A DNA stretch of 63,143 bases, counting the filler, from Reticulomyxa filosa (lineage: Eukaryota; Protista; Foraminifera), in the NCBI GenBank assembly GCA_000512085.1. It is 12 parts of 12 records of this genome, joined end to end, with 100 filler letters (N's around TTAATTAATTAA, not from the genome) between each part and the next. Parts side by side here need not be neighbours in the genome. Positions count along the whole stretch, not along the records: positions 47,481 to 53,806 come from ASPP01018542.1; positions 53,907 to 59,366 come from ASPP01006983.1; positions 59,467 to 61,295 come from ASPP01025211.1; 9 more parts are not named here. One strand, given 5' to 3'. Positions within the stretch are counted from its first letter, which is position 1, and each line of letters opens with the position of its first letter. Under the pieces are notes generated by a model. It worked only from the letters and a program-made list of their open reading frames with translations, ran no database searches and was not told where the DNA came from. This document shows, piece after piece, positions 50,701 through 61,224 of this stretch. The translations under genes were made by a program, and so were the position numbers.

Positions 50701-52954
50701 CAAACGATTCAATCCAACGCACAAACCCAAAACAACTGGTCCACGCTTTTTAAGCAATGTTGTAGCGAATTAGGAGGGATTGCTCAGCATTTGAAAAGCA
50801 CTGTCAAATCGATCACAACATTGTCAATGCTGCCAATGCAAATAATATCAACACCGCCGGTAATAGCAAGCTGATGTCCTCGAATAGATCTCAGGCAAAT
50901 GACTCGTTTGTGCAAAGAGACAGAGCCTCGGTCGTCGTGGAGCATACCAACCACAGTCACAATAGCAACGATGACACCCAAACTCAGTCGCAAGTCCATG
51001 TCAATGTGAATATGGACAAAATCGACTCGGAGAAGCCAATGCTCGCCGCCATGATTCGATCTCAAACCAAAGCAAAGTCCAAAGAAAAAGCAAAACACCA
51101 TCATTTGGGATCCGGACAAATTCCTCGAGCAAGAACCATCGATTCCGACCATGGAACAGGTTAGATTTATATTGCATGATTGAATCTATGTGCCCGTTTT
51201 TTTTATAAATATAGCAATACAATTTACAAATGCATTGAAACAGTTCCTACAACTTGTATTATACGTATGTGTTCCCTTTCCTCTTGTTTCTTTTTTTAGA
51301 AAGCACGACCAAAGAAGGCGTCCATGTTGGAGCCGACAACGATGGAACACACACAAATTCTGCACAAAGTGCTGCTGGCGAGAGCACGAATCGAAGACAT
51401 TCGATTCACACGGCGAAAGAATATCGAAAGGAACACTATCCCGAATTGGCGAATGAAGAAAGTGAAGAGGACGGCGGTGACGACGGCGATATCGTGGAAA
51501 CATCAACAGTGCATATGATGGACGACAATCGTTTCCTCTCTACGACCGCCGACAGCGAAGCCGATACTCCTCGTCGAGCCAATGCAAGCGTGGCCATACC
51601 CTCGACAGACAATGCCGGCGACGAGGCCACACCGAAAGAAGCGACCGAAACCCAAGTCGCTGCCTCCACGACCGTGCAACATTATCAGGTCGACTCTCCA
51701 AGAAGTGTACGGAGCGGTGATGACGGCACTCGAGCCAAGTTGCCTATCGAAACCACGAAGAAACACAATCGAGTCAAAACCACTGGAAATTTGTTTCGGG
51801 AACGTATGCAGTTATGAATTGACATGTTTCTTTTTTTTTTGGAAAAAAAAATTGATATATATATATATACATATATATATGTGTATGTGTGTATGTGTAT
51901 GGAAAATAGTCAATTTGGAAATGCCGAAAGTGAAGAAGAAGATGCGATCAGTACATTATCCGGAGTACCGCCGTATAATAACGAAGATGGGCTGGACATG
52001 GTAGAGGAACACGAAAATGAGGCAATTGGAAAGGACGCTGACACTTCACCCATTTCTCCAATCGATCCTCGTATGCCACCGTCCCAACATACCCAAGCTA
52101 CGGGAAACACTTTGACCAAGGCCAATTTAAACAACAACACGTCTCCTATTACTCCATTGCATTTGAAATCACGCTCCTATCGCTTCCCTTCTTCGCAGTC
52201 CGTGTTCTCCGTTGTCGATTTCAGTAGTCTTCCTCTTCCCTCTTCCGATTCTATCGCCGGAGACGACGAGGAACAGGACTACCAAAATCTGGACGAGCCT
52301 GACGATGACGACGACAACGAATATCCTGCGAGGTCTTCTCAAGCCAACAAAAGAGGTAGTGTGATCAAAGAGACAACCACTTTGAAAAAGTTGCGCGAAC
52401 GATTAAATGAAGCGTTTGTGGCAGTCGATATTTTGGGAGAGGGCACTGTCGATATTGCCAATTTTTGTACTGCCATGATGGATTTGGGATTGTATGATTT
52501 TGACTTTAGCAACGGACAGGACATATTTGATGTCTTGGACAAAAATGGCATGCAGTCCATCCCCATCACTGAGGCCATTGATGCACTCGTTCTTAGTACT
52601 GAACATGCACCTGTCAACACCTTGCGGGTCAAGATCATGGAAATGTTGGGATTACATGATAATGAGCCTCCAGAAGAACCTGTGGCAGCAGAAGACCAAA
52701 AAGTCGAAAAAGTGCCAAAGAAGAAGAAAAAACCTCGAAACAATGAAAGTCGATTTGATGTGTTAAGTGAATTTTTTTGTTTTTGTTTTTTTAAGCATTG
52801 TAACGAATAGAAAGGTGTGGCTTTGTACAGAGACGCGATGGAAGAGCTCCGTTATGTTGCGCCTGAAAAAGACAAGACTCCACTGAGTCCTGTTTACAAA
52901 GGTGCACAAGTTGTCCAAAAATTAGATTTGAACGAAATACAAAACAAAAATTAA
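47767..52954 (+). CDS. Disordered/coiled-coil region ending in an EF-hand-like pair; likely continuation of the DH-PH-C2 gene; 2-3 frame breaks
   Basis: Phase-0 acceptor aaaaAG|LEASGAVKQ is compatible with the phase-0 donor after RDILL. Coiled coil at ~50290-50780. LNEAFVAVDILGEGTVDIANFCTAM...QDIFDVLDKNGMQSIPITEAIDAL; TAA at 52952-52954. Confidence 0.7.
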
Positions 52955-53322
52955 AAAAGGAACTAAACAAAAATTGTTTTCGTTTGTTTTTTGTTTCCTT
53001 CCTTGTCTATTTCTTCTTTTTTTCTTATGCAGTTTTGTGATTTCAAAAAAGTATATCTGATTGGAAATATGAAATGAAAACTTATCAGCCTTAACCTGTA
53101 TATTTCTTAAGCAAAGGGCTTTTTGATAAGAACAAAATGCTATACGATGCACCATGTAAAGACGATAACAATTTGATATACATTTTCATTTTCCATATTA
53201 ACTTTTGTTTTGGAAACATTCTTTTTTTTCAGTCCTCCGTGAAATGGACCCCTTAAAAATTTATTCTTTTTATGGAACAATATCAAAGTGTTATTTCGTA
53301 AAAGAAAACTCAAATAATCATA

Positions 53323-53768
53323 ATGAGCGGAAGTGCCCTTTCTACTGTGAATATGTTGAAAGGACTTGAAAAGGTTCCGCCTGCAACTCCTTTGTTACGA
53401 GTGTTGGTTTTGGGATACAACACAAAGCTTCGAAATATATATTCTCAGCACTGGGTCGATCTTAATGCGTGTCAACACTGGGTAAGATGAAGACTTGTTG
53501 TGTTGACGAAATGTGATATTTGGGAATAAATGAAAATAGAGTATGTTTGGGAACTTGGGAACAGATTGTATTCGACGATGAAACGAAGAAAACGCCATGG
53601 ATGAAATTTTATGCATCGACCACAGAGGTGAACAACGATACGATTCACTTGCACTTGTTTGACATCAATGATCCTAAGAATGTGAACATATTACCGGACT
53701 GTGACATCAACGTAGTCGTATTACCGTGGACGACTAAAAATCACGTCGCAGAAAGAGCCAGCATTCAG
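53323..53768 (+). CDS. Hypothetical protein, first two exons (3' truncated by gap)
   Basis: MSGSALSTVNMLKGLEKVPPATPCYECWFWDTTQSFEIYILSTGSILMRVNTG, GTAAGA intron, then IVFDDETKKTPWMKFYAS... Confidence 0.65.
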
Positions 53769-53772
53769 TTGT

Positions 53773-53805
<33 letters not shown>

Positions 53806-53999
53806 ANNNNNNNNNNNNNNNNNNNNNNNNNNNNNNNNNNNNNNNNNNNNTTAATTAATTAANNNNNNNNNNNNNNNNNNNNNNNNNNNNNNNNNNNNNN
53901 NNNNNNAAGTATGTCCCCCCCCCCCCTTTCTTCTCTCCTCCACCCCCTTTTTTTTTTTTTTTTTTGTTAATTGTAGTTGTTTAACAAAATGTTGTTGAC

Positions 54000-54586
54000 C
54001 TGCGTAGATTGCGAAATAAATTGTGGAAACACTTTGGTTGCCAAAGTTAGGGCGCGACGACCATTTGCCCAATTGATTGCACCCTTTCGATACTCTTCAA
54101 GAGACCCTGGTATTTTTTTTGCTTTGTAGGAAGGAGATAAACCTTTCCATTCGTCGATGTGTTCCGTGTACTCTTTCATGTCAATCGTTATTTTGCATCC
54201 TTTCACTAACGATTGTGCTTCTTTCATATTCACTGCACTCAGCACACCTTCAATTGCCTTTTTTTTTTAAAAACAAGCAAAAAAAAAAAAAAAAACAAGT
54301 ACAAAAAAAAAAAGCAAAAAAAAAAACGTTTAGAAAAAAAAAAAACACAAAAATAATTATAAACTTTATTCACTTCTCTGCTCACCACATTGCATCGCGT
54401 TTGAACATTTTGAATTTCTTTGTTCTATGTTAACAGGGTTTTTGGGGGGAGAGTTATGTTCATTGTTTGCATCTGCCAAACTTTTGACACATAACAGCAT
54501 CGACAAAGAGGAAAAAGTATGTTGAGATATACTTTAAGTTCTTGTTGGATCTGCTGCAGATAGGACTGCACTGTAGACTCGCTCAT
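54000..54586 (-). CDS. Hypothetical protein, three exons (3' truncated by gap)
   Basis: MSESTVQSYLQQIQQELK|NKEIQNVQTRCNVVSRE|VLSAVNMKEAQSLVKGCKITIDMKEY... joined by GT-AG introns. Confidence 0.6.
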
Positions 54587-54950
54587 TTCTTTAGAATTGA
54601 AATTAAATTTTTTTTTTGTTGAAGATCTTAAAAAGTTGTTGGGAACGTCGTCACAAAAGGAAAACAAACAACAAAAAAACTAACAAACAAAATTAGTAGT
54701 TCTTGTTCATTTTTCTTGCCACAGTTACTTTCACTCTATTTATTGTTTTATTTGCGCGCCATTTTTTTTTTTTTTTTTAGGTCATTGCAAAACTTGCAGT
54801 ATCGATCAAAAAAATTAGAGAAGTTGCAAAGAAAAGGGTAGAAACAGAATAAGAAAACCTAAAGATTCAAAATAACCTCGATAATAACTGATTTGGAAAA
54901 GGCAATCTTGCGAGAATTCAGTGTTTTGCCAAGCCATTTGTAAAGTAAAA

Positions 54951-56048
54951 ATGAATTCTACAAGTCAGGAACCAGAGCTCTACACACGTGCTACGAAACG
55001 TCGCCGAATGGGGACTGGGAACGGAATCTCTTTGTCAAATAAGAGTACGAAAACGGTGCAGTTAAACTCGACAAGTGCCATGAGCATATTTTACTTTATC
55101 CCACCAAAGCTTTTGTATGCCAGTATCGTTCGAGTATGCAAATACTGGCACTCGATAATAGTATTGAGCGACTTCATAATCGGATACTACCGCCAAATCG
55201 TGTACCCACACTTAAGTTTGGCGAATCCAAATAAACCTTGCAGCCAAAATAAAACGAGTATAGCAGACAAATTAGTGTTGCCAGCGACATCAATTTTTGA
55301 AATGACCACCGAAGAATTGGAACAGTATCCTTTGCATCTATTAAAAAAGGAGTGGTCAATCCGCAATGGAAACACGCACTGCAAAAAAAAAGAGATGGTC
55401 GAAAAATTGTATCTGTCGGTGTTGCAAGACAATTTTATTATTAAAAACTATAAAGATGCCATTTCGCGTAATGGGAATATCAGTGACAATGGAAAAAAAT
55501 ATAAAAATAGTGTTTTGAATAGTCGACGTATAATTGCATTGAAAATTCGAAATATGGTCGAAAAGCACAAACATTGTCAAAACTGTTTGCAAAACAAAAC
55601 GAAGGAAAAGCTTTTTGTTTTGCATTTGCATCCCTATTGCTCAAAAGTATGCACAAAGTGCTTGAATTTGTTGGAGTTCCGTGAGATTTCCTTGGAAGAT
55701 TGCATTTTGTACTATGGAGTCAATGAACAAGATATCAAACAAAAATGCAACTTGAAATATGCTTGTCAAAAGACATTTGGCCAACAGTTGAATTGGATCG
55801 CTCCTCAAGAAGGGCTTTTCTTGAATGAGTATATTGCATCGATGATCCATTTATGGAAATACTATCACTCCAACTTTCAATTATTAGGGCATGTCTCTGT
55901 TACTGTCGAACTTACCCAGAAAGTTGCCATGCGACGAAGTGCTATTAAGGTGAGCTCAATGCGACGTGCTTGGAATGACAAAGGACAGATCCTTCGAGCT
56001 CTTTGCCAAAGGCCAGCAGCAAAGAAGAGTTTTTTGCACCAGATCTAG
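54951..56048 (+). CDS. Intronless F-box protein with SAP-like motif and XPA-like Zn module
   Basis: NLS-like KRRR; F-box-like IFYFIPPKLLYASIVRVCKYWHSII; SAP-like LEQYPLHLLKKEWSIRNGNTHCKKKEMVEKL; CQNC...VCTKC...FREISLEDCILYYGVNEQDI. Confidence 0.7.
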   Translation: MNSTSQEPELYTRATKRRRMGTGNGISLSNKSTKTVQLNSTSAMSIFYFIPPKLLYASIVRVCKYWHSIIVLSDFIIGYYRQIVYPHLSLANPNKPCSQNKTSIADKLVLPATSIFEMTTEELEQYPLHLLKKEWSIRNGNTHCKKKEMVEKLYLSVLQDNFIIKNYKDAISRNGNISDNGKKYKNSVLNSRRIIALKIRNMVEKHKHCQNCLQNKTKEKLFVLHLHPYCSKVCTKCLNLLEFREISLEDCILYYGVNEQDIKQKCNLKYACQKTFGQQLNWIAPQEGLFLNEYIASMIHLWKYYHSNFQLLGHVSVTVELTQKVAMRRSAIKVSSMRRAWNDKGQILRALCQRPAAKKSFLHQI

Positions 56049-57254
56049 ATTATGTCGTCCCAGAGGATCGCTTTCTTCATGATCCTTTGTTACGAATGGC
56101 CAGAGGAGAATGAATTCATACATTTTCTTTTTTCTTAAACATAAGCTTTTGAAATTGTAATAAAAAGGAAAAAGTGAGGTGAATCAAGACTTTTAACAGT
56201 TTCAAGTTTCTCTATTTATCTAACGGAGGGTAGAAAAAATTCAGAGCTAGTCTTTTTTTTCCACTGTTCTGATATATATTGCCACTCTTTAAAAAAAAAA
56301 AAAAATGTAAATAACACTGACGTATCCCAATGTTACGGCAATTTACAACTTCTTTGAAATATTTGAAAAAATGACTAGGATCTTTTTAGATGTTAATTAT
56401 TCTACTATGTATTTTCCTTAAAGTGAAAAAGTGGCGCTTGTCAGAAAAAACAAAACCATGCAAACTGTCTGTTTTCAGTATCAGTTTCATATTGTTTGTA
56501 AGCAGTTGTCATTCTCAAACGAAAATTTTTTGAAAAAAAAATTTGTAAGAAAAAAATAAATTGAAAAATAACCATTGTGTTATTTTCCGATAAATTCTCT
56601 GTATTGTTATGCATTAGACAGTGATCGTCGGTAAACCGTTAGGACTCATTGATATGCGGGCTCCTTCGCACAGAAACCCTCTTACCATAAATAAAATGTG
56701 AAGGACCACACACCAGATGAGTGTCACAGTAGGCTTGGATTATTATCCGCAATGCAGAACTATACATCCGATTTAATACGCTTAACTCGTAATAACCTAT
56801 TAATTTTTCACGCATTACCCTTTTTTTGCAACTTTCTTCGTATGTATGATCAATGTAAAAGAATTTAAACAACATGCGAAATAAAAACGCTAACAAGCAA
56901 AAGTAAGAACAAAAGACTAAGGGTGAACCAGAATAAAGGGAGTTCTGAGGTTCACTTGGATTTCTGATAATGATTAGTACTACACGTACTATTTTGAAAA
57001 ATTAGAATGTTAAGTCCTATTTTATGCTGCATTCATCGCTGATCTTGGTTTTTTTCCGCTCGCTCTTGATATCATGGTTATTATATAACGTAGCAAAACT
57101 CTCAACAAACAATACTTCTTCTTTCGCATTCAAACAGTTTTTCATCTTAGATCATCTAAAGAAATTAAATGCAACTGTTGTTGGTAAATTTTTTTTAAAC
57201 TTTTCTGAAAGTTAGTTATCTTTAGATTCTGTATGTGATTTATATTTATGATTG

Positions 57255-58065
57255 AGCCAGAAGAAGAGACGCAAACAATTATCCAGCATTGAATTAGGAT
57301 ATTACATATTCAATTTGGATTAATGAGTGATCTTGACAAAATTGTTGTCAAATATGTTAAGTGTATTTGCTTTATTCAATCAAATATTTACTCATAATTT
57401 AATACAAACAGCTAACTTCATTTTTGATGTATTTCGTTCATCATTCAAATTACTCAATACATTCACTGGACATACTGGTTGGATGTGGAATATTGATTAC
57501 TCATATTTGATAGTATTCAATTTATTTATTCTGGATCACACGATAAAACAGTTCGTGTATGTGACGTAAATAACAGTCAACAAATCCAATCATTAAATGG
57601 ACATTTAATTTATGCACTTTGTATGAAATTTTCACTATCATATTATAACAATTGCGGTCGTGTTATTTGTTTTTCATTCTGTGACAAAGTCATTCATTTT
57701 TGGAATGTCAAACATAATGACAATTACGAGTACTTAATGGACACAAATAGTGTTAATTATATTGAATTTTCACCATGTAGTGGTAGTAGATATTTGTTCT
57801 GGATATGATGACAAGACAATTCTTTTGTTGGATGTTGAAACAGCAAAACGATTAAATGTATTCAAGAACATAGAAATACAGTTCATTGTGTAAAATATTG
57901 ATCAAACGAATTAGGTATTAACGGTAGTGCAAATATAATATTATCTGGATCATATGATAAAAATACGCGTTTGTGGGATATTTGATCATGTCAGCAAATT
58001 CAAATGTTATGTTCTGGATCAAATGATAATACAATTCGTTTTTGGTATATTTGATCAAATAAGAT
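57255..58065 (+). pseudogene. Degenerate copy of the expanded WD40 family
   Basis: Collinear with the 40878-41350 gene (EEETQTIIQH*IR...DLDKIVVKY; FRSSFKLLNTFTGHT) but with several in-frame stops and frameshifts. Confidence 0.88.
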
Positions 58066-58658
58066 TGAAAAAATTTTGAAAGAAAAAAATTATGAAAGCC
58101 ACTGTTATTTTGATAAGCTTTCCGCCATTAAGCGTCCGACTTGACTGTGAAACTTCTAAGTCATCAGTATCCGACGTTACCTCAACACAAACAATCAAGT
58201 ACATAAGTATATACAAATACAATCAGATGTATGTTTTCGAAGCACAACATTTCACTATGTGTTTAAAGTAAACATTTAGCGGAATTTATGTGTCTAATGA
58301 AAGGTTTACATAATACACTTATTAAATTTTAATTAATATATGTATACAATTTTACTTTTCATAAATCAAACTTCTTTTTTATTTTTGTGCATTAAGCACT
58401 TTTTTTTAATCAAATTTAGCATTTTTTGCTAATTTTTACTTCACTCTCGTTTAATTCGAATTTTTTCGAAAATTTGTGTCCAGAGAAAATCGATATTTTA
58501 ATCGTTACTTTGAACATATTTAAAAGAAAACGTGAAACTCTTTAATTAAAAAATAACGAGACTCGTTTGATATCAACAAGTTTTTTTACAGCAAACTAAT
58601 TGGAAAAAAATGATTTGAACGACATATAATCGTTCTGTTGATTGGCCGAGTTTATTCT

Positions 58659-59279
58659 TCAGCCATCCAAATTTCCACTTGGATTATGTTGATCATGTAC
58701 TACCTTGTTTGGCTTTGATTTTTTATCTTCGAAGCTATCATCATCTGACTCTTTCAAATCAATCTCTTGGTTCCTGTTTACAAAAAAAAAAAAGAAAATA
58801 ACAATGTAATAAATTGATTCAAGAAAAGCAAACTGTGGCAATCCCATTGGGGTTTCCATTTGTGCATCGAGGACATCCATTTTTTCATCTCCCGAATCAT
58901 TGGATGCAGAACTGCTTTCGTTGTCTTTAGACAAGCGAGCATCAGACTTCTTGGAAGATGGAGGCAATGGTTTGTCTCGAGGTTTGTTGTTGTTCGTGTC
59001 ACTCTTCAAGGACGTGGTATGGAGTGATGTAGTAGTGGATTCTCCTTGTTTGTTGTTTGTCGTAGATGTGATGGATATAGCAGCAGCTGGAGAAGAAGAA
59101 GTAACGGCAACAGCAGACGCGTTATTTCGCTTGCCCATCGCGATGGTAATCTCTTGTTGCAAATTCGCAGCTTTTTTGGTTCCATTTTTGGAGTTATGTC
59201 GATATACAATATAGCCACCTCCCAAAATGAGAAGTATCACACCTCCAATTCCGCCTGCTATTGCCGGAGTCATCCACAC
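58659..59279 (-). CDS. C-terminal part of a single-pass membrane protein
   Basis: TM segment AIAGGIGGVILLILGGGYIVY followed by RHNSKNGTKK and an S/T-rich cytosolic tail with one short intron. Ectodomain lost in the gap. Confidence 0.7.
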   Translation of the reverse strand: MWMTPAIAGGIGGVILLILGGGYIVYRHNSKNGTKKAANLQQEITIAMGKRNNASAVAVTSSSPAAAISITSTTNNKQGESTTTSLHTTSLKSDTNNNKPRDKPLPPSSKKSDARLSKDNESSSASNDSGDEKMDVLDAQMETPMGLPQFAFLESIYYIVIFFFFFVNRNQEIDLKESDDDSFEDKKSKPNKVVHDQHNPSGNLDG

Positions 59280-59633
59280 TATTATTTTACATAATGATCA
59301 CACAAACAAACACTTATGTATATGTGTATATGTACATGTATACGTATATGTATACGTATATGTATANNNNNNNNNNNNNNNNNNNNNNNNNNNNNNNNNN
59401 NNNNNNNNNNTTAATTAATTAANNNNNNNNNNNNNNNNNNNNNNNNNNNNNNNNNNNNNNNNNNNNTTTTTTTTTAAGTTAAAAAAAGAAAATTAATTTT
59501 TTTAAAAAATACTTTTATTTTTGAGGACCACAAATTTTATTTGGGCATTGACATATTTTTCAATTGTCCAAATTTCCTGATATGTTCATTTTGAGTTCTT
59601 TTTTATGTTTTCTATGAATGATCCATTGATTGT

Positions 59634-61224
59634 TCACAAGCAGGAAGATCTAACGACTATAAAAGTTTCAACTTCAGCAGCTTTTTGAAATGAAACAAAA
59701 TCTGAGTGAATTTTGGCTAAATGTTGAACCAAAAATCCATCTTCAAATATTTTGTACCATTGTACAAACGTTTTTTGCAAATAGTCCCATGAAGTTTCTC
59801 TACCAATTTGACTATTTGCAACAACACGAAATGGGAATACATTGTCTTGAATTCGAACTTCATCATATTCTTTCAACCATTCAAGCAAAGATTGGACAAA
59901 TTCAGGATTTTTGACAACACTTAACGATCTTAACTGCCATTGTTTTACTGTTGAGTTTTGGACTGTCAAATAATATATTTTTAGATCATGAAATTCATCT
60001 TTTCCTCAATTTTTTACTGCGACAGCACAAAGACAATTGAATATTGGACTTGTTTCTATTCGTTGCTAATTTTACACAAACATACACAACAAACATCCTT
60101 GATATTGACACAATTTAATCAATTGAAAACAACAAGTTTACCTCAAGTCCATAAATGCTCGAAGTCGATTCAACGCTTCATCAATGACAGACTGATATCC
60201 ATATTTTGCGATCGAACTCAATGCCAATGACAGCAACAAAGATTCGATATCGGCGTTTTCATCTTTGAGTCCTTACCATCCAAGATCTTTGAATAACGGT
60301 AATAACTTATCACGCATAACTGGATCAAAATGTTTACCAATATTTTCATCTTTGTCAATAATATGACGAATATCTTATGCTTCGTTTAGTAATGTATCCC
60401 GCACTGGATAACTTTTCTCGTTTTTGAATGAAACGATCAAATTTAACAGATTTTCATTGGTCCAGGAACAACTGATTCTGCAACTGCCAATGAATCACGA
60501 ACCAGGCATAATTTATCTAATTCTGTCATATGTTTATCTCCTTTTTGCAGTGCACTTGCCAAAGTATTCATCATTCATTTATCGTATTGACATGTATAAA
60601 AACCAGTGCTATCTGCATTTAAGTGGACCCATCCAGAGTTCTTTGGTAGATCAAAGACTCAAACAACAGAGTTATTGTTTCATGTCCAATGCGCAATTTC
60701 ATTGGAATTGACCATAATATTTTTCCTATATTTTAAAAAATATTTTATCTTTTTTTGTTGCAAAAAAAAAAATATTTCAAAAAATGTCACAAGATAAATT
60801 AAAATCGAACCTGTTCTGGAGTCAATTTTCTTGAAGATAAATGACGAATTTGTATTAATATCAATTTATCACCATTTCGACTGGCACTGACAACTGGAAA
60901 TCCTTGCTCTATTGTCCAACTTGACATAATTGTAGCAACTGGTATTCCTTTTTGCTTTCCTAAATAATTCCATAAATCTGTGGCGATTGCATTTGAATAT
61001 CGGAAATTATTCGAATATTTTATCAAACCTTGACGAAATATTTCTTCTACTAAATATCCTTGCAACATTCGAATTACTGATGCACATTTGCAATAAGATA
61101 TTGCATCAAATACTTCATCAGCTTCATCAGATGTTTGTACATCGGCTTTAATTGAATGACTTGTTGTCATTCCATCTAATTCAAATGACCACGAGTATTC
61201 ATTCGTGATAAACATATTCCACAT
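59634..61224 (-). pseudogene. M1-family (puromycin-sensitive) aminopeptidase, disrupted
   Basis: ELDGMTTSHSIKADV...EVFDAISYCKCASVIRML...IMSSWTIEQGFPVVS and C-terminal EVRIQD...GRETSWDYLQ. The intervening sequence is broken by stops and frameshifts. Confidence 0.85.

Noticed and set aside
1753-56325. TGACGT (CRE-like) motif in several intergenic regions
   Set aside because: The handful of occurrences is roughly what base composition predicts, and spacing to start codons is inconsistent.
56639-56960. GC-richer intergenic island with an 85-aa ORF
   Set aside because: No domain, terminal repeat or RNA-gene signature was recognisable.
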